A stretch of 64,000 nt of DNA, taken from contig JBHGNT010000017.1 of assembly GCA_043228905.1 (NCBI GenBank), forward strand, positions 5,270,001 through 5,334,000, given 5' to 3'. The position numbers and the translations under genes are program-made. Source of the stretch: Azolla caroliniana. Lineage: Eukaryota; Plantae; Polypodiophyta. Positions 1-13,325 of the stretch are shown here, piece by piece. The stretch's first letter is position 1, and every line of letters starts with the position of its first letter. The notes beneath the pieces are model-generated. The model was not told the DNA's origin. It did no database searches and saw only the letters and a program-made list of their open reading frames with translations.

Positions 1-2257
1 CCATATTCCGAGAGTATCTAGATCACTTTGTTGTGATCTATCTAGATGATATCTTGCTCTACTTTTCGAACATCAAGGAGCATACTCGACATGTCAGGTT
101 AGTCCTCGCCAAACTTCACGAGCACGGACTCTATGCTAAAAGTGAAAAATGTGAATTTGATTGTACTTCTGTAGAGTTTCTTGGGTATGTCATTTCGACA
201 TAGGGAATCACAATGGACACACGGAAAGTCAAGACTATCAAAGAGTGGGTTGTCCCAACTCGGGTACGAGATGTGCAATCATTCCTTGGTTTTGCCAATT
301 TTTATTGTCGCTTCATCAAAGGATTCTCAGTGATCGCACAACCTCTCATTGCTCTTACCTGCAAGGATGCTACTTTCGAATGGACAACAACTACCCAAAA
401 GGCGTAGGACATGCTAAAACAAGCATTTATTATGGCACCAGTCCTTTTACATCCTGACCCAACTAAGCCTTACCAAGTCGAAACGGATTCTTCCGATTTC
501 ACCATTGGGCGATCCTCTCCCAGCCAGATGAGGTCGGTGTGCTTCACTCGGAGGCTTACTACTCCCGCAAATTCACGACCCTAGAAATCAACTACCCCAT
601 ATACGACAAGGAGCTTCTCGCTGTTATTGTTGCTTTTGAAGAATAAAGACCCTATTTAGCCAGGGCGCAACACCGTATCCAAGTGATTACCGATCACAAA
701 AATATAATATACTTTTCTACCACACGAACCTTAAATCGTAGACAGGCGCGATGGTCGACCTTCTTGGCAGACTATGATTTTGAGATAATCTTTCGACCTG
801 GCGCTCAACACATGACGACCAATGTCTTATCCCATCGGTCTGAGTTCGATCTCACTCCGGATGATGAAGCCTATGCTTACAAGTCCTAGAGTTTGTTAAA
901 GCCTAACCAATTCTACAACTTCGCGACTTGCTTGCTCCGGGACTCTTTGCTCAAGCAAATAACAGAAGCCACTACGGCTGACAAGTTTGCCACAGAGGTC
1001 AAGACAAGTATCACAAACCCCTCCCATGAAACCAAAAGACCTTATTTAGGTCATTTTACAATTCAGGATAATCTATTGTATGTCCCATTGTCGGAGAAGG
1101 GTGCTTCACGAGTGTCACGATGATCCACTTGTTGGTCTTTTTGGCATTGTGAAAACCTTGGAGTTGATATCTCGGAGATACTGGTGGCCACAACCATGGA
1201 AATTGGTCAAAGAATTCGTTAAGTCATGTGACGTTTGTGCTCGCTCTAAAGCATCTCATCATCGACCATATGGTCTCCTTCGCCCTCTCCCAATCCCCAA
1301 ACAGGCTTGGGCCTCTCTTTCCATGGATTTCATCACTGACCTTCCCTTTGTTAGTGGTTATGACTCGGTATTCTTCATGGTCGATCGCTTCACCAAGATG
1401 GCTCATTTTGCTCCATGTGCCAAAACCATTACTAGAGAGGAGACAGCCGATTTGTTTTCCAAAACTATGGTTCGACTACATGGACTCCCGAATGATATCA
1501 CTTCTTATCAAGGACCACAATTTGTTTCCAATTTCTGGCGGTGCCTTCTGCAAACCTTCAGTTGTATTGTGAATCCATCTTACGCTTATCATCTGCAAAC
1601 AAATAGACAAACGGAGCAAGTTAACCAAACCTTGGAACAATACTTGTAGTGCTCTCTTAGTTACCAACAAGACAACTGGGTTGACCTTCTCCCACTTGTC
1701 GAGTTTGCCTACAACAACTCTCTGCATGCATCTACGGGAGCTATTCCATTTTTTGCCAACTACGGTCTCCACCCCCGCTTCAACATTTCACTCCCCTCTA
1801 ACTCTCTCAATCCTTCTGCGGAGGACCAGGCCTCTTGGAAGATGTACATCAAGATCTTTCCTTGGAGCTCACCTTCGCTAGCGAATGCTACAAGGAGCAA
1901 GCTGACTGTCATCACTTAGATGCTCCCTAGTTTGAGGTAGGAGAATTTGTTTGGCTTCTCCGTCGCACTATTGCCACCACTCATCCTTGTCCGAAGCTTG
2001 ATTACAAGAAGTTAGGCCCTTTTCGAATCATTGAGAAAATTGGTTCCGTGATTGTCCGCTTAGAGCTACCATCCCACTTTCGTATTCATAATGTATTCCA
2101 TGTCTCCCTTCTAGAACCTCGTCATATATCTGAAATCCCCGGTCGACACGCATCTCCTCTACCACCAATCCAGCTCTCAACCCGAAAAGAATATGAGGTC
2201 GACCAAATTCTCGACTCTCGTCTCCTGCTTCAATACCTTGTCCACATTCTTGAATAA
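1..2257 (+). pseudogene. pol: Decayed pol (RT-RNaseH-integrase-chromodomain) of chromovirus A1
   Basis: ORF fragments 213..407, 683..889, 1080..1649 and 2048..2257 broken by stops/frameshifts; 1-790 closely matches 15940-16730. Confidence 0.9.
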
Positions 2258-2486
2258 ATACTAGGGTGCACCTTGATTACAATCAAGGTGAACAACACCA
2301 GTTACGAAAGCATATACAGTTCTTGTTTATTTGTCTATCCTCTCTCTTGCTTGTTCTCTTGTCTATGCTCTCTCTCCCGCTATCTCTTAATATTGAGCCT
2401 CGTCTACTTGTCCTTGACAATCTTGTGATCTTGTTTATGCTCTCACTCTATCTTAGTACTTAACCTCATTCCACCCGTTCGTGACA
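1..2486 (+). mobile_element. Ty3/Gypsy chromovirus (Tcn1-like), family A copy 1; 5' end outside window, internal deletion joins chromodomain to mid-3' LTR
   Basis: RT YLDD near 40, RNase H (YDKELL, TDHKN), integrase (HDDPLVG..CDVC, SMDFITDLP), chromodomain start EYEVDQILDSR; 2241-2486 matches the distal part of LTR 13326-13784 and ends GTGACA. Confidence 0.92.
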
Positions 2487-2995
2487 AGGACTTTATCCAT
2501 CCCCATGAATCTTTGTTCTTTATCCGAGAGTTGGGCAAAAAGATACTCGAACTCTAGGAATGCTTGTTTCACACTATGGTGGGTCTTCACCGATGCCACC
2601 GACTATTCAAACTCACGTGGACCTCGTCCCTTCGTTCTCTCGTAATCATATGCCTCTCGTATAGCTTCTTCGAAGGACCCCGATGTCAATTTTGTTGCCG
2701 TATCTTGTGGATTCTCTCTTGTAGCTCATCCGTGGCCACCCGAATGAAGGATATCACTTGCAATATTTCCGAGATCCCATATCGCAGCATCTCTGCTTGT
2801 AGTCACGTAGGTAGCATGACACATCCTCTCCGTTGAATTGCCTGTTCCATTGCACGAGCCATTCTACTACTACTGTGATCTCCGACATCTCGCGTTGTTC
2901 TTGCAACATGCACTCAGACATCATCATCATGTAGATTGCCTCTTGTTGATTCTCCATCTCCTTGTCACTTGTCTTCACGTCGGGTTCACCAAATG
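2487..2995 (-). mobile_element. 5' fragment (PBS plus gag N-terminus) of a tRNA-Trp-primed Gypsy element related to 37294-44306
   Basis: TTCACGTCGGGTTCACCA at 2974-2991 equals the 3' 18 nt of plant tRNA-Trp; ORF 2754..2978 (RQFNGEDVSCYL) resembles GRFSGKDATKYL at about 38090. Confidence 0.75.
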
Positions 2996-3192
2996 TGTCG
3001 CGCCTTTCGGCGTCAGATCGTTCTGTGAGTCAGGTGGAAACCGCCGAGGTTATTGACTAGGAGGAGACGAATTTTTAGGCAAAGAAGAATAAGAATCGTT
3101 TGAAAGAGAATGAGATAGAAAACTTTTGAATCCCACAAGTATTAATCATTATTTCAACAATAATAATCACCTCCCCCCCCCCAAATTACATT

Positions 3193-6100
3193 GTGCTCCC
3201 CATCCTCCCGTGTCCAGCCTCTATAGTAGTCATTGATGGTCGTCCCATTGCTTCCGGAAATATCATAGAAGAGTTAGAGCCCGTTAATATTGTCCTAGAT
3301 AATTTAGTGTGTGTAGTAACCTTTAATATATTAGTATCCCAGAACATCCCATTGTTTTGGGATTACCATAGTTCGAATTACATAACCTAGACATAGATTG
3401 GAGAACAAGTGGAATCCGGTATCGACAAACCCGAAGATCTACTCATAAGATTGCAGCCATTTCGCTCCATCAGTTGCGTGAGGAAGGACGCAAGGAAAAA
3501 ATATTTCTCTTCGCAATATCACCATTAAAGAGGAGTCCACCGTTGAACTTCTTGAGAAGTATCGTCATTATGCCGATGTGTTCGATAAAGTACAAGCCAA
3601 TACGCTTCCTCACCATCGACCGTATGATTGCCCCATCGATTTACAACCAGGAAAAGAGCCACCATGGGGACCGATCTACAATTTGCCACCAACTGAGCTA
3701 GAAGTCCGTCAAGCCTATATAGAGGAGAATTTGGCAAATGGTTTCATTCAACATTCAAAATCTCCAGCCGGCGCACCCATTTTCTTCGTCAAGAAAAAGG
3801 ATGGATCACTTCGTCTCGTTGTAGATTACCCTAGCTTGAATAAGGTCACCATCATGAATAGTTGCACACTTCCCCTTATCTCAAGTCTTTTAGAACGGAT
3901 CAATGGTGGAAGGTTCTTCACAAAGATTGACTTACGAGGAGCATATAACCTCGTACGGATCCGACTAGGAGATGAATGGAAGACTGTGTTTCGCACCAGA
4001 TATGGGCACTTCGAGTATACGTTCATGCCATTCCGCCTCACTAATGTGCCAACAGTCTTCCAACACATGGCAAATGATATATTCTGAGATCTCTTGGATG
4101 TTTGTTTGATCATCTACTTGGATGATCTATTGGTTTATTCGAAGACCCAAGAAGAGCATGATTCTCATGTAATGTTACTACTAAAACGACTTCGAGAACA
4201 TGGTCTTTATGCAAAGCTATCTAAAAATTTTGTTTCGAGTGCAACCATGTAGAATATCTGGGCTATGTCATTTCCTCGAAAGGTATCTCCATGGATCTAG
4301 CTATGGTCATAATGGTGGTAGAGTGGCAGACTCTGCGTTCGTTGCGAGATGTGCAATGCTTTGTAGGAATTGCCAATTTCTACTGCAAGTTTATACAAGA
4401 TTACTCAAAGCTTGTTCTGCCTCACACAGCTCACCAAGAAGGGACAATCGTTCGTTTGGTCTGAAGAAGCAGAAATGGCTTTTGAGAATCTTAAGAAGGA
4501 TTTTACATCAGCTCCTATTCTAGCTCATGTTGATCCAGAAAAACCATTCATTATCGAAGCAGACGTGTCGGATTTCGCGTTTGGTAGCATTCTGTCACAA
4601 CAAGGCGATGATGAAAAGCTCCATCCTGTGGCTTTCCACTCACGCAAGTTTGACGCCGCTGAAATCAACTATGAAATTCATGATAAGGAGCTATTAGCAA
4701 TAGTACAATCTTTTACGCAATGGAGGCATTTACTAGAGGGATCTTCTCATGAAGCCACCATATTCAATGATCACAAAAACCTTGCGTACTTTCAGAATGC
4801 TCGTGTGTTAAATCGACGTCAAGCTTGGTGGGCCCAATTCCTCACTCGTTTCGACTTCAAAATTACATATCGTTTGGGGACGCAACAAGGGAAGGCAGAT
4901 GCATTATCACGACGCTCATATCTAACACCGCGTCCTGGCGAGCCAGCTTTCGATAACCAAAAGCAAGTAATCCTAGGACCAACATGGCTACAAGCAACGT
5001 AGGTTTTTCGTATGCCCTTGGATTCCCACGTTATCGATACCATACGTGAGGACTTGAAGACTTTCGCCCAAGCCATTCTAGCACAAATTGACAATTTGAA
5101 TGTCATGATGGATTACTATTCTTTACGAAACTCTTGTATGTTCCTAATGGTTCTTGTCACCTTCGAGTAGTCCAAAACTGTCATGACATATATACAGCTG
5201 GGCATTTGGGTAGTACTAAAACATTAGATTTAGTACAACGATCATTCTGGTGGCCCCATCTGCGACAATTTGTTGAAGATTTTTATCAGACTTGTGATCC
5301 ATGTTGTAGAGCAAAAATGCCAAGGCATCATCCATATGGTTTATTAGAACCATTACCAATTCCAAGCAAGCCGTGGCAATCCATTGCTCTAGATTTCATC
5401 ACAGATCTTCCTGTCTCTAAGAGATCGATATACGAAGATGGCCCATTTATTGCCTTGTGGTAAGGAAATCTCCAGTGATAAAACCGTTCAAACTGTCATC
5501 CGTGAAGTATGTTAGCATCATGGCCTTCCCGACAGTGTCATCAGCGACCGTGGACCCTAGTCCGTCTCGAAATTTTGGAAGCACCTCTTTAAAATGCTCA
5601 AGGTCACTTCTAACCTCTCCTCTGATTACCACCTGCAAACAGACGGCCAAGTAGAATGAACAAATCAAACGTTGGAGCAGTATCTTCGGTGCTTTCTAAG
5701 CTACCATCAAGATAACTAGGCGGATATTCTCCACTTCGCCGAATTTGCGTATAATAACTCTGTCCACTCACCGACAAAGGTTACTTCATTTTATGCTTAT
5801 ACAGGCTGTCACCCCCGGTGGTGTGTATTTGAAAGCCTAGAGTTACCCACGAATCCTTGCGCAAATGATCGTTTGGAGCAGTTACACAAGATACAAGCGG
5901 ATTTATCTACTCATCTATAGCAAGCTCAACAAACACACAAGGTTTACGCGGATCGTCATTAGTTTCCATCCAGTTTTAACATTGGAGATCGGGTATGGCT
6001 ACTACGACGACACATCAAGACTACTCGCCCATGTGAGAAGTTGGATTATCGGCCATTAGGTCCTTTCCGTATTATCAGAAAAATTAATGATGTCGTTTTT

Positions 6101-6463
6101 CATCTCGATCTACCTCCACAACTTTGGATACATCCAGTGTTTCATAGTTCTCTGCTCGAACCCTATCAAGAGAGGACCATCCCAGGTCATATTAAACAAC
6201 CTCCACCCTCGATCGAACGTGAAGATGGACGCGAGTACGAGGTTGCTGCCATCCTCGATTCCAAGGTTGCTCGCAACAAGTTCTACTATTTAGTCTACTG
6301 GCTAGGATATAGTCCCAGCGAGCGTACTTGGGAACCAATAGAGAATGTGACCAATGCTCGTGCTCTTCTTGAAGACTTCCATCATCAATATCCAGACAAA
6401 CCGGGTCCTCAATCCAAAACGACTCATTACACTCATCGTTTTAAAAGGGGGATAGTGTCATGA
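3193..6463 (+). pseudogene. pol: Decayed pol with C-terminal chromodomain
   Basis: RT (KKKDGSLRLVVDY, KIDLRGAYN), RNase H ([15 protein letters not shown]), integrase HHCC, chromodomain EYEVAAILDSK..YLVYWLGY..TWEP. Confidence 0.92.
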
Positions 6464-6752
6464 TATGGCAAGACTCAGACCCATGACCTTATGTTACATG
6501 GGTCGAGCTCTTGACCATTAGACTATATGTTGTAATACAAAGGATATTATTTTCATTTAAGTTTTACTATAGAAAAATTGATGTATATTCCAAATTTCTC
6601 TGGAACATTCTAGAAACTTTAGGAGTACTCCTGAGAACACTATAAAAGGAGGCACAAGGCATTATCTCGAACCAAATCGGTTCAACGCCAGTCTTAAGCC
6701 TCCTAGCTACTATTGTATATTCTCTTAACATAATATATACCTTTTGTTATCA

Positions 6753-6787
<35 letters not shown>

Positions 6788-6914
6788 CACTCTTTCCTTC
6801 TCTCAAGAGTTCTACACCTCCCTTAGTACTAATCCTCATCTTTTAGTACTAATTCCATCTCTATCTTAGTACTATTTCTGACAGTACTTCTCTGTCTTAG
6901 CACTGTTCCTGACA
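6456..6914 (+). repeat. 3' LTR of chromovirus B1 (459 bp)
   Basis: TG..CA ends, TATAAAA 6641-6647, (CT)n tract, short AGTACT-rich repeats in U5; aligns with LTR at 48689. Confidence 0.93.
6463..6530 (-). promoter_or_regulatory. tRNA-like Pol III A-box/B-box module in U3 of family B LTR (B box degraded in this copy)
   Basis: Minus strand TAGTCTAATGGTCAAGAG...AAGGTCATGGGTCTGAGTC with tRNA-like spacing. Confidence 0.55.
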
Positions 6915-7123
6915 ATGATAACCTGGCAAAGTGATTTCCCTAAGTCATATTTATACTTATATGACTTTAGGACTATTTACAAATATGGCCATGACAGGCA
7001 CACTAGAAACATATTTACAGATATGTCCCTGGATCCGGTTCACACCAGAACCATCCGAATACCTTTCGAATCCATCCGGTCCACCTCATCCAGATCCCAT
7101 CCAGAGGGACCGAATTCCCAACA
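6915..7123 (-). repeat. Partial LTR (U3 side) of a Tnt1-like Copia family
   Basis: CCCTAAGTCATATTTATAC..TATGACTTT..CTATTTACA and ..CCCAACA end shared with LTRs 17717-18328 and 62567-63296. Confidence 0.8.
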
Positions 7124-9265
7124 ATATGGTGGCACCCGAAGAAACGAAACGAAATGCCACTTCGTGTGGTGACACGAAAGGAGGACCAGTCAATGCTATT
7201 GACGGAATTTCACGAGATACCCTAGTCCGGACATCGGGGAACATGGGCCACATTTGAGAAGCTCAAAGAGAGGTACTAGTGGTAGAGAATGTACAATGAC
7301 ATACACCATTTTGTGATGACGTGCAAGAGCTGTCAAATACATTCCTGAATCTGTCACCATGACGAGCTACACCCAACCTACCCACCAGCCATTCACTTCA
7401 TGTGAATGGTCGACTTAGTGATAATGTCGATGGGGGTAGGATAGATGAGGTACCTACTACTGGCAAGGGAGGATCTGATGAACTAGGTGGAAGGACAGGC
7501 CTTAACAAACAAGACAACCACAGCCATATGCCAGTTCTTGATCGAGGACGTGATCTGCCGGTACAGGTGTATGGGGAAGATAGTGACTGACCGAGGGGGG
7601 TTGGATGCACGTGAGGCTACGGAGCTGTTTGACCAATTAGGGGTCAAGCTCTCCCTCCTAACGGCCTACAATCCAGAGACAAACAAGAAGGTTGAGCGCA
7701 GGCACGGTCTGATTGTGAAGGGGATTGTGTGAGCATGCGACGGACGAATCAAAAATTGGTCGCGACTCCTACCATATGTGGTGTGGGTCGACCGAACTAC
7801 GGACAGTTCGGTAATAGGGTATATGCCGGCCAAGCTCATGTTCAGAAAAAAGCCGATCATGGAGATGGGAAGGATGATTACTTCGTGGATGGCAGTCGAT
7901 TGGGCGGACGAGATGAGTCGGGAGGAGTTGCTAGCCGTGCGGGTTCAATAACTCAAGAGGCAACTAGAGGATGTGGAGGGAGCAAGGGCAAAGATAAAGG
8001 AGACACAGATGAAAAGCATGGATCGGTTCGACCGAATGCACTGATTGCGGCCGAGGATGATTGAAGAAGGCCACTAGGTGTTGGTCTACGACAGTAGCCT
8101 TTACAACCAACACCAGTTAACGTGGAAATTTGCAAGGAGGTGGTTTAGTCCATATGTGTTGACGAGCACCAATGACAATGCGAAGTATCACCTCTCAGAG
8201 TTCGACAGGACGAGGATAGTGGTACCGGTTGTGGGAAAGCGGATCAAGGTCTTCAAAAAGAGGCAGGATGCAGGACCGGATCTGGAGGGTGTCGGCGAGG
8301 ACGAGGAGCCGGATGAGGACAGGATTGGTGACGGTTCGGAGGATGATGAGTAAGGATCGATCTAGAATCCTCCACGGCTACCAAATTGCCACATGCCAGA
8401 GGATGTGCAGTTTGGTGGGGGTGGATGTCGTGGAGGATTCCGGCCACAAGGAGAAAAGCTCATGAACCGCGTGTGAATGGGGGTGTGCACACATGCACAC
8501 GAAAGAGTCCTTGTATAAAACAAATGCAAATAACGAGAGTATAATAAGTACAAGACAATGTAATTTAATGGGTAAGTCTTTATGGTCCCAGAAAAAGACG
8601 GGAATAATAGGGTGTGATGGAAGGAAATCGGGGGAGAATCGCTGGCAGAAATGGTTGTCATGACTGTTGATGTGACCAACCCTCTTGGGCTATAAAAGGA
8701 GGGGAGGGAGACAGTTACATGGATTCATCATTTTGGAGGGGAAGGTGTGTCGGTTTGTGCTCTCAGGTGTCTGTTTTCTGCTCTATGCATCCGGATAGGT
8801 AGAGTGAGGCCTTTGCTCGCATAGGAAGCCAGAGTGCTCACTAGTGTGTGGGTGTGTGTGTGGGCTCGAAGCTCTGCTCCCAACATGAGGTCACTTGTAT
8901 TATTCCCTGTCTTTGTTTATTAGTTGAATATTTGGTATTTTCTCTCTGTGTTTTCCTGTTTTGGGTCTTCTTGTGTCGGATCAACATTCGAGTATCTGTC
9001 TCTACGTCGGGGAGGCATCACTTCTCCCCTCCCTTATTCTGCATTTACCCATCGCGATTCTGAGCCCATGTGCTCATCTTCTAGAATCTGGCGTCTGAAC
9101 CGGATCGTATATAGGTTCTAAGAGCATGTGCACTTAACAAAGCACTCCGGCGACCGAGCCGAACAGGACACTGCAAGCCTAACAACTGCTCATTCTCTGA
9201 CTCCCTAGTCCGAGACCCCCGTGGTCCCACCCCAACCGACCCGCAAGCCGTGGATATCTATGACA
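7124..9265 (+). mobile_element. 3' part (integrase, PPT, LTR) of a Gypsy element related to the Trp-primed element H
   Basis: Integrase fragments (EDVICRY..KIVTDRG..TAYNPETN) match 42655..43479; G-rich PPT then TGTCGTG at 8426; LTR end ..GACCCCCGTGGTCCC..ATGACA at 9265 resembles H LTR end. Confidence 0.82.
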
Positions 9266-10142
9266 CTGTATCACTCAGCACAATAGGAAGCTTGTAAATG
9301 ACTATTAAGGATGTGGGATGTGGATGCCTATTCAAGAGAACTTCATGTCATTGCTTCTCTCCATCAAAGAAATGTCCTTGAAAATATGCCATCTTAATCT
9401 CTGTCATGCATAACTTCCTCATGGTTCTCATGCATCCATGCCACTTAGTGATCATGCACAACAACTATATATTGCTAAAGTTACATACATCAATATATAT
9501 AATATTAATGACTGCCTATTGTTAAGGTTTGGAACCTATAAAAAGGGGTTAGGCGTTTGGGTTCCATAAAACTCCAGTCTTCTTGAAGTGTAATTATTCT
9601 TTTTACTTTATCTTTTTCGAGAAGAAGAGTTTGGCTATTTAAAAGTGATATGGAAAGTTGGGGTGAAGATCATGACATAAACTAGAGATATTTGAACCTT
9701 TATGAATGAAGAAGACAAGATAACCTAAAGAATAAGTTGTTTTCATATAAAAAGTAAACAAAATATATTACCGTTTTTTATATTTAATTCAATTGATGAT
9801 ATGAAATATTGGAAAGTTGGTTGGTTCTAACCCACCCCTCACCGGTTCATTATATAATGAGGTTATCTTAAATACGGTTTCAAATGCACTCAAGCGAAGC
9901 ATGCACAGTCATTTGGTGCACATCCTTTGACCTTCACCTGCTCTAAGGCTAAGCATATTTGCCACTAGTTGCACATGCTTTAGCCTGGAATTTAAGTATT
10001 CTACAATTTTTAAAAAATATACATACTTGTTCACTTATTCATATTTAAATTATCATTTTGAGGTACATACAAAGTTAGAATTTTGTCCTCTCAAAATTAT
10101 TGTATGCAAAACATGAATTACTTTTAAATATTATTCTTTAAT

Positions 10143-10615
10143 TAACAATCTACAACAGTTCGATTTGAACTGAACCGAACCGCGAAACCGTGGCTTAACG
10201 GTTTCAATGGTTCAGTTCAAGTTAGGTTTTTTAAAACGATTCAGTTCAGTTTTAACAATCTGAACCCGTGGTTTAAACGGTTTAACAATTTTTTATTTTT
10301 TATTTTAAAATTAAAAATTAAAAAAAAAATTAAACAATCTTTTCATATTTAGACCTTATTCTCACATTTTAGGAACATCTTTAAATTTTAAAAAATAAAA
10401 TAAAATGAAATATTATAAATTTAAAAATTAAAATTTGACCGAAGTTGAAAACCGGAACTGAACCACCAAACCGCGGTTTTTACTGTTTAATGGTTTAACG
10501 GTTTGAAAAATGTTTAACAGTTTCGTGGTTCAATTCGTTTCGTTTCGGGTTTCAAAAAAAATTAATGGTTCGGTTTGAACCCTCTCAAACTGAACCGAAC
10601 CGTTGTCGATTGTTA
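10143..10615. mobile_element. hAT-type MITE (non-autonomous DNA transposon), 473 bp
   Basis: 20-bp TIRs TAACAATC(T/G)ACAAC(A/G)GTTCG; perfect 8-bp TSD TCTTTAAT (10135-10142, 10616-10623); many AACCG/CGGTT subterminal motifs. Confidence 0.9.
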
Positions 10616-11712
10616 TCTTTAATAGCATCCTTGTGGTTGGAACTTATGCTTGGTTTAGAGGTAATTGTGGGCACCATGTGTAATAGCAAACCTGACATAG
10701 GTTAATATGAAGTTTTGTGGTGTTGTTGGCCCATTCTTGCCATAACTCTTTTGTAGTTATGTGCATGGAATCAAAACACGAATTGATAAAGGTTACACCC
10801 CTTTTGTATGAGTGTAGATTGGTGAGTGTTTAGGCTTGTGAGAGGTGCAAGAAATCAAACAAAGTACAACACACAGACATATTATCATTCTAGATAAGTG
10901 ATACTTACTACTTAGGATCTCTAGAGATTTAATTACTTAAAGCATCATGCATTTATGGATTTTCCTTGCTCTTTCCATGACGCAAAAGAGAGTTTGGTCG
11001 AATTTTCATTGTAAACAAGAATTTGTTGAAATGTTCCGAAATTGTTTTTCTTGAATGGGGTCCCCCATTAAAGTTATATCGTTGTTTTGGTTCGTGGATA
11101 ATGATGATTCAACCAACTACATCTAAAAAGGCGATGAGAATCTAACATAATGGGGTTTCAAGTGAATTGATAATTTAATAGCAAGTGATCCTTGTAAAGC
11201 AGCACAAATAATCATTAATTATGAACAACCATTCCAAACATCATAACTTTAGTATCATTGATCTAATCTCCAAAGGTTAAACTATTTGATGTGTTATAAT
11301 CATTCATTCAAAGGGTCAATTAATTCATATGAAGGAACATGAAGCCAACTATAAATATTTATCAATTGAATCAACATATCATACTGCAATACAATATTTA
11401 TAAGTTTATACGGGAAATATGCATATACAATATAACCCTTAAAATGGTCCCCCTAAGCATAATTTTAGTTTAGAAGTAAAGTAATTTATATTATATGGTG
11501 CAAGAAAGATGTAGAAAGGAGGCTTTACAAATGAAAGGAGATGCACACGTTTATTTTGCTAATGGAATGCATTATATGAAAGATACCCTTACTATAAATA
11601 GATATTAGAATCTCACTTGTTCTTAACTTGAAGCTAGTGGTGGTTAATTTATTAGACATCATTAGCTTTTCTCATACACAATAGGACAATGGGACTAAAT
11701 TGAATATATTGT

Positions 11713-11981
11713 TGTTGGGTGTGTGTGGAAGAGTGAGAGATAGACAAGAAGCTCTCACACAAAGAAAACAATGGTTGGAATAGCTCTCTCTATTGATGAT
11801 TAATACAAAACTGGTAAGAGCTGAAATATATATCCCTAAGTACTAAGTACCACCACATATGAGTGAGTCATGTATGTGGTAACATGGAGAAAAAACCTCT
11901 AGCTAGCACTAGAGTAAAAAGTGCCCATGTATAGGGAAATGGTTCACCTCAAAGCTACTCGAGGAACACGTAAGTGTAACA
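11713..11981 (-). repeat. 3' LTR of Copia D
   Basis: TGTTG..TAACA; matches 46399-46678. Confidence 0.9.
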
Positions 11982-12019
11982 AACACCCCTGGTGCGAATG
12001 ATGTGAACACATACAAGGA

Positions 12020-13325
12020 GTGACAGATCAGCCCCCCACAAGGCAATAAGCCTAAAACTTTGCGAAAAGCTTCAATCTTTTCTTGTGGAAGAGCTTTGGT
12101 GAATATGTCTGCCACATTATCTTGTGTAGGTACACATACCAAATCAATATCTCCTGCATAAAGGCGCTCTCTCAATCTCCATGCAAAGATCCATCAAAAG
12201 GCGTCTCAGCCATATACTCTCCACTGTAGCTGTGAAAACTGTCCCTGTACTCAGCTTCACAATTTGATGTCGCCACTGTAGGTTGCTTTTTACTCAACCA
12301 AGATATACATGAGTTTCCAAGAAAAAAGCAATTACCACTAGTGGACACACGAGTATCGTAACAACCAACCCAATCACTATCTGTAAAGGCATGCAAGCAT
12401 GGTTGAGTATCTCTACCATAAAAGAGACCCAAGCTCAAAGTGCCTCTAAGATATCGAAACACACATTTTACTGCTTGCCAATGCTTAATGCCAAGGCTAT
12501 GCATGAATCGACTCAGTTGGGAAACTACATACTGTATATCCGGCCTTGTATTGCATGCATATATAGGACATCCCACAGCTTGCTGATAAAGAGAAGTGTA
12601 GCCCCCTACCCAATCATCCAATTCACGAGTTTAACAAACATGCATGGTTCAGTAGTCAAAGCAACTTCGTCGCTTTCGTGTACCCATCGGACGTTGCCCA
12701 TTCGGGATTCCTTAGGAACTAATTCACTCTGCGTAGATTGACTAAACACAGAAACAAATGCATCACTAGAATCCTCAACTGAGAACCTAAATCTTGTCTC
12801 CACAGGTGTAGAAACCGGCTTGCAATTCTCAAAGTCAAAACGCTGAAGTAGTTTTTCAACATACTTTCCTTGATGCATAACCATTTCCCCCTCAACGGAT
12901 ACAAATTGGATGCCAAGATAGTAGCTCAAAATACCAAGATAAGTGACATCAAAAGTATGCTGCAAAACAGCCATAAGAATATCAAGGTTTGCATCAAATG
13001 ACCCAGTCAAGAGTATGTCATCAACATAAAGAACGAGCATTATAAGATCAACGCCATCTTTGTGTACATAAAACATGCTTTCAATCGGACTACACGTGAA
13101 GCCAAGAGCAATCAAGTGCTTATGGATTTTTTCATACCATGCACGTGGAGTTTGCTTGAGACCATACAAGGCTTTATGCAAGCGACAAACCATATGCTCT
13201 TTCTCTTTGATAGCAAATCCAAGAAGTTGCTTCACATAAACCTCTTCTTGCAAATCACCATTTAATAAAGTTGTTTTTATGTCCAACTAATGCACTTTCC
13301 AACCTCTTTTGGCAGCCAATGCAAC
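12020..13325 (-). pseudogene. pol: Decayed Copia RT-RNase H of element D
   Basis: LYGLKQ, LYVDDIL, FTDSDWVG, ADIFTKAL motifs across broken ORFs. Confidence 0.9.

Larger units (their letters stand above)
3193..6914 (+). mobile_element. Chromovirus (Tcn1-like), family B copy 1; 5'-truncated, complete 3' LTR
   Basis: PR-RT-RH-INT-chromodomain fragments; PPT AAAAGGGGGATAG 6443-6455; LTR TGTCATG..CTGACA 6456-6914; homologous to 48689-53396. Confidence 0.93.

Noticed and set aside
9266-11712. Host gene or promoter in the AT-rich island
   Set aside because: No ORF of 60 aa or more in the track and no recognisable exon; short exons cannot be excluded by eye
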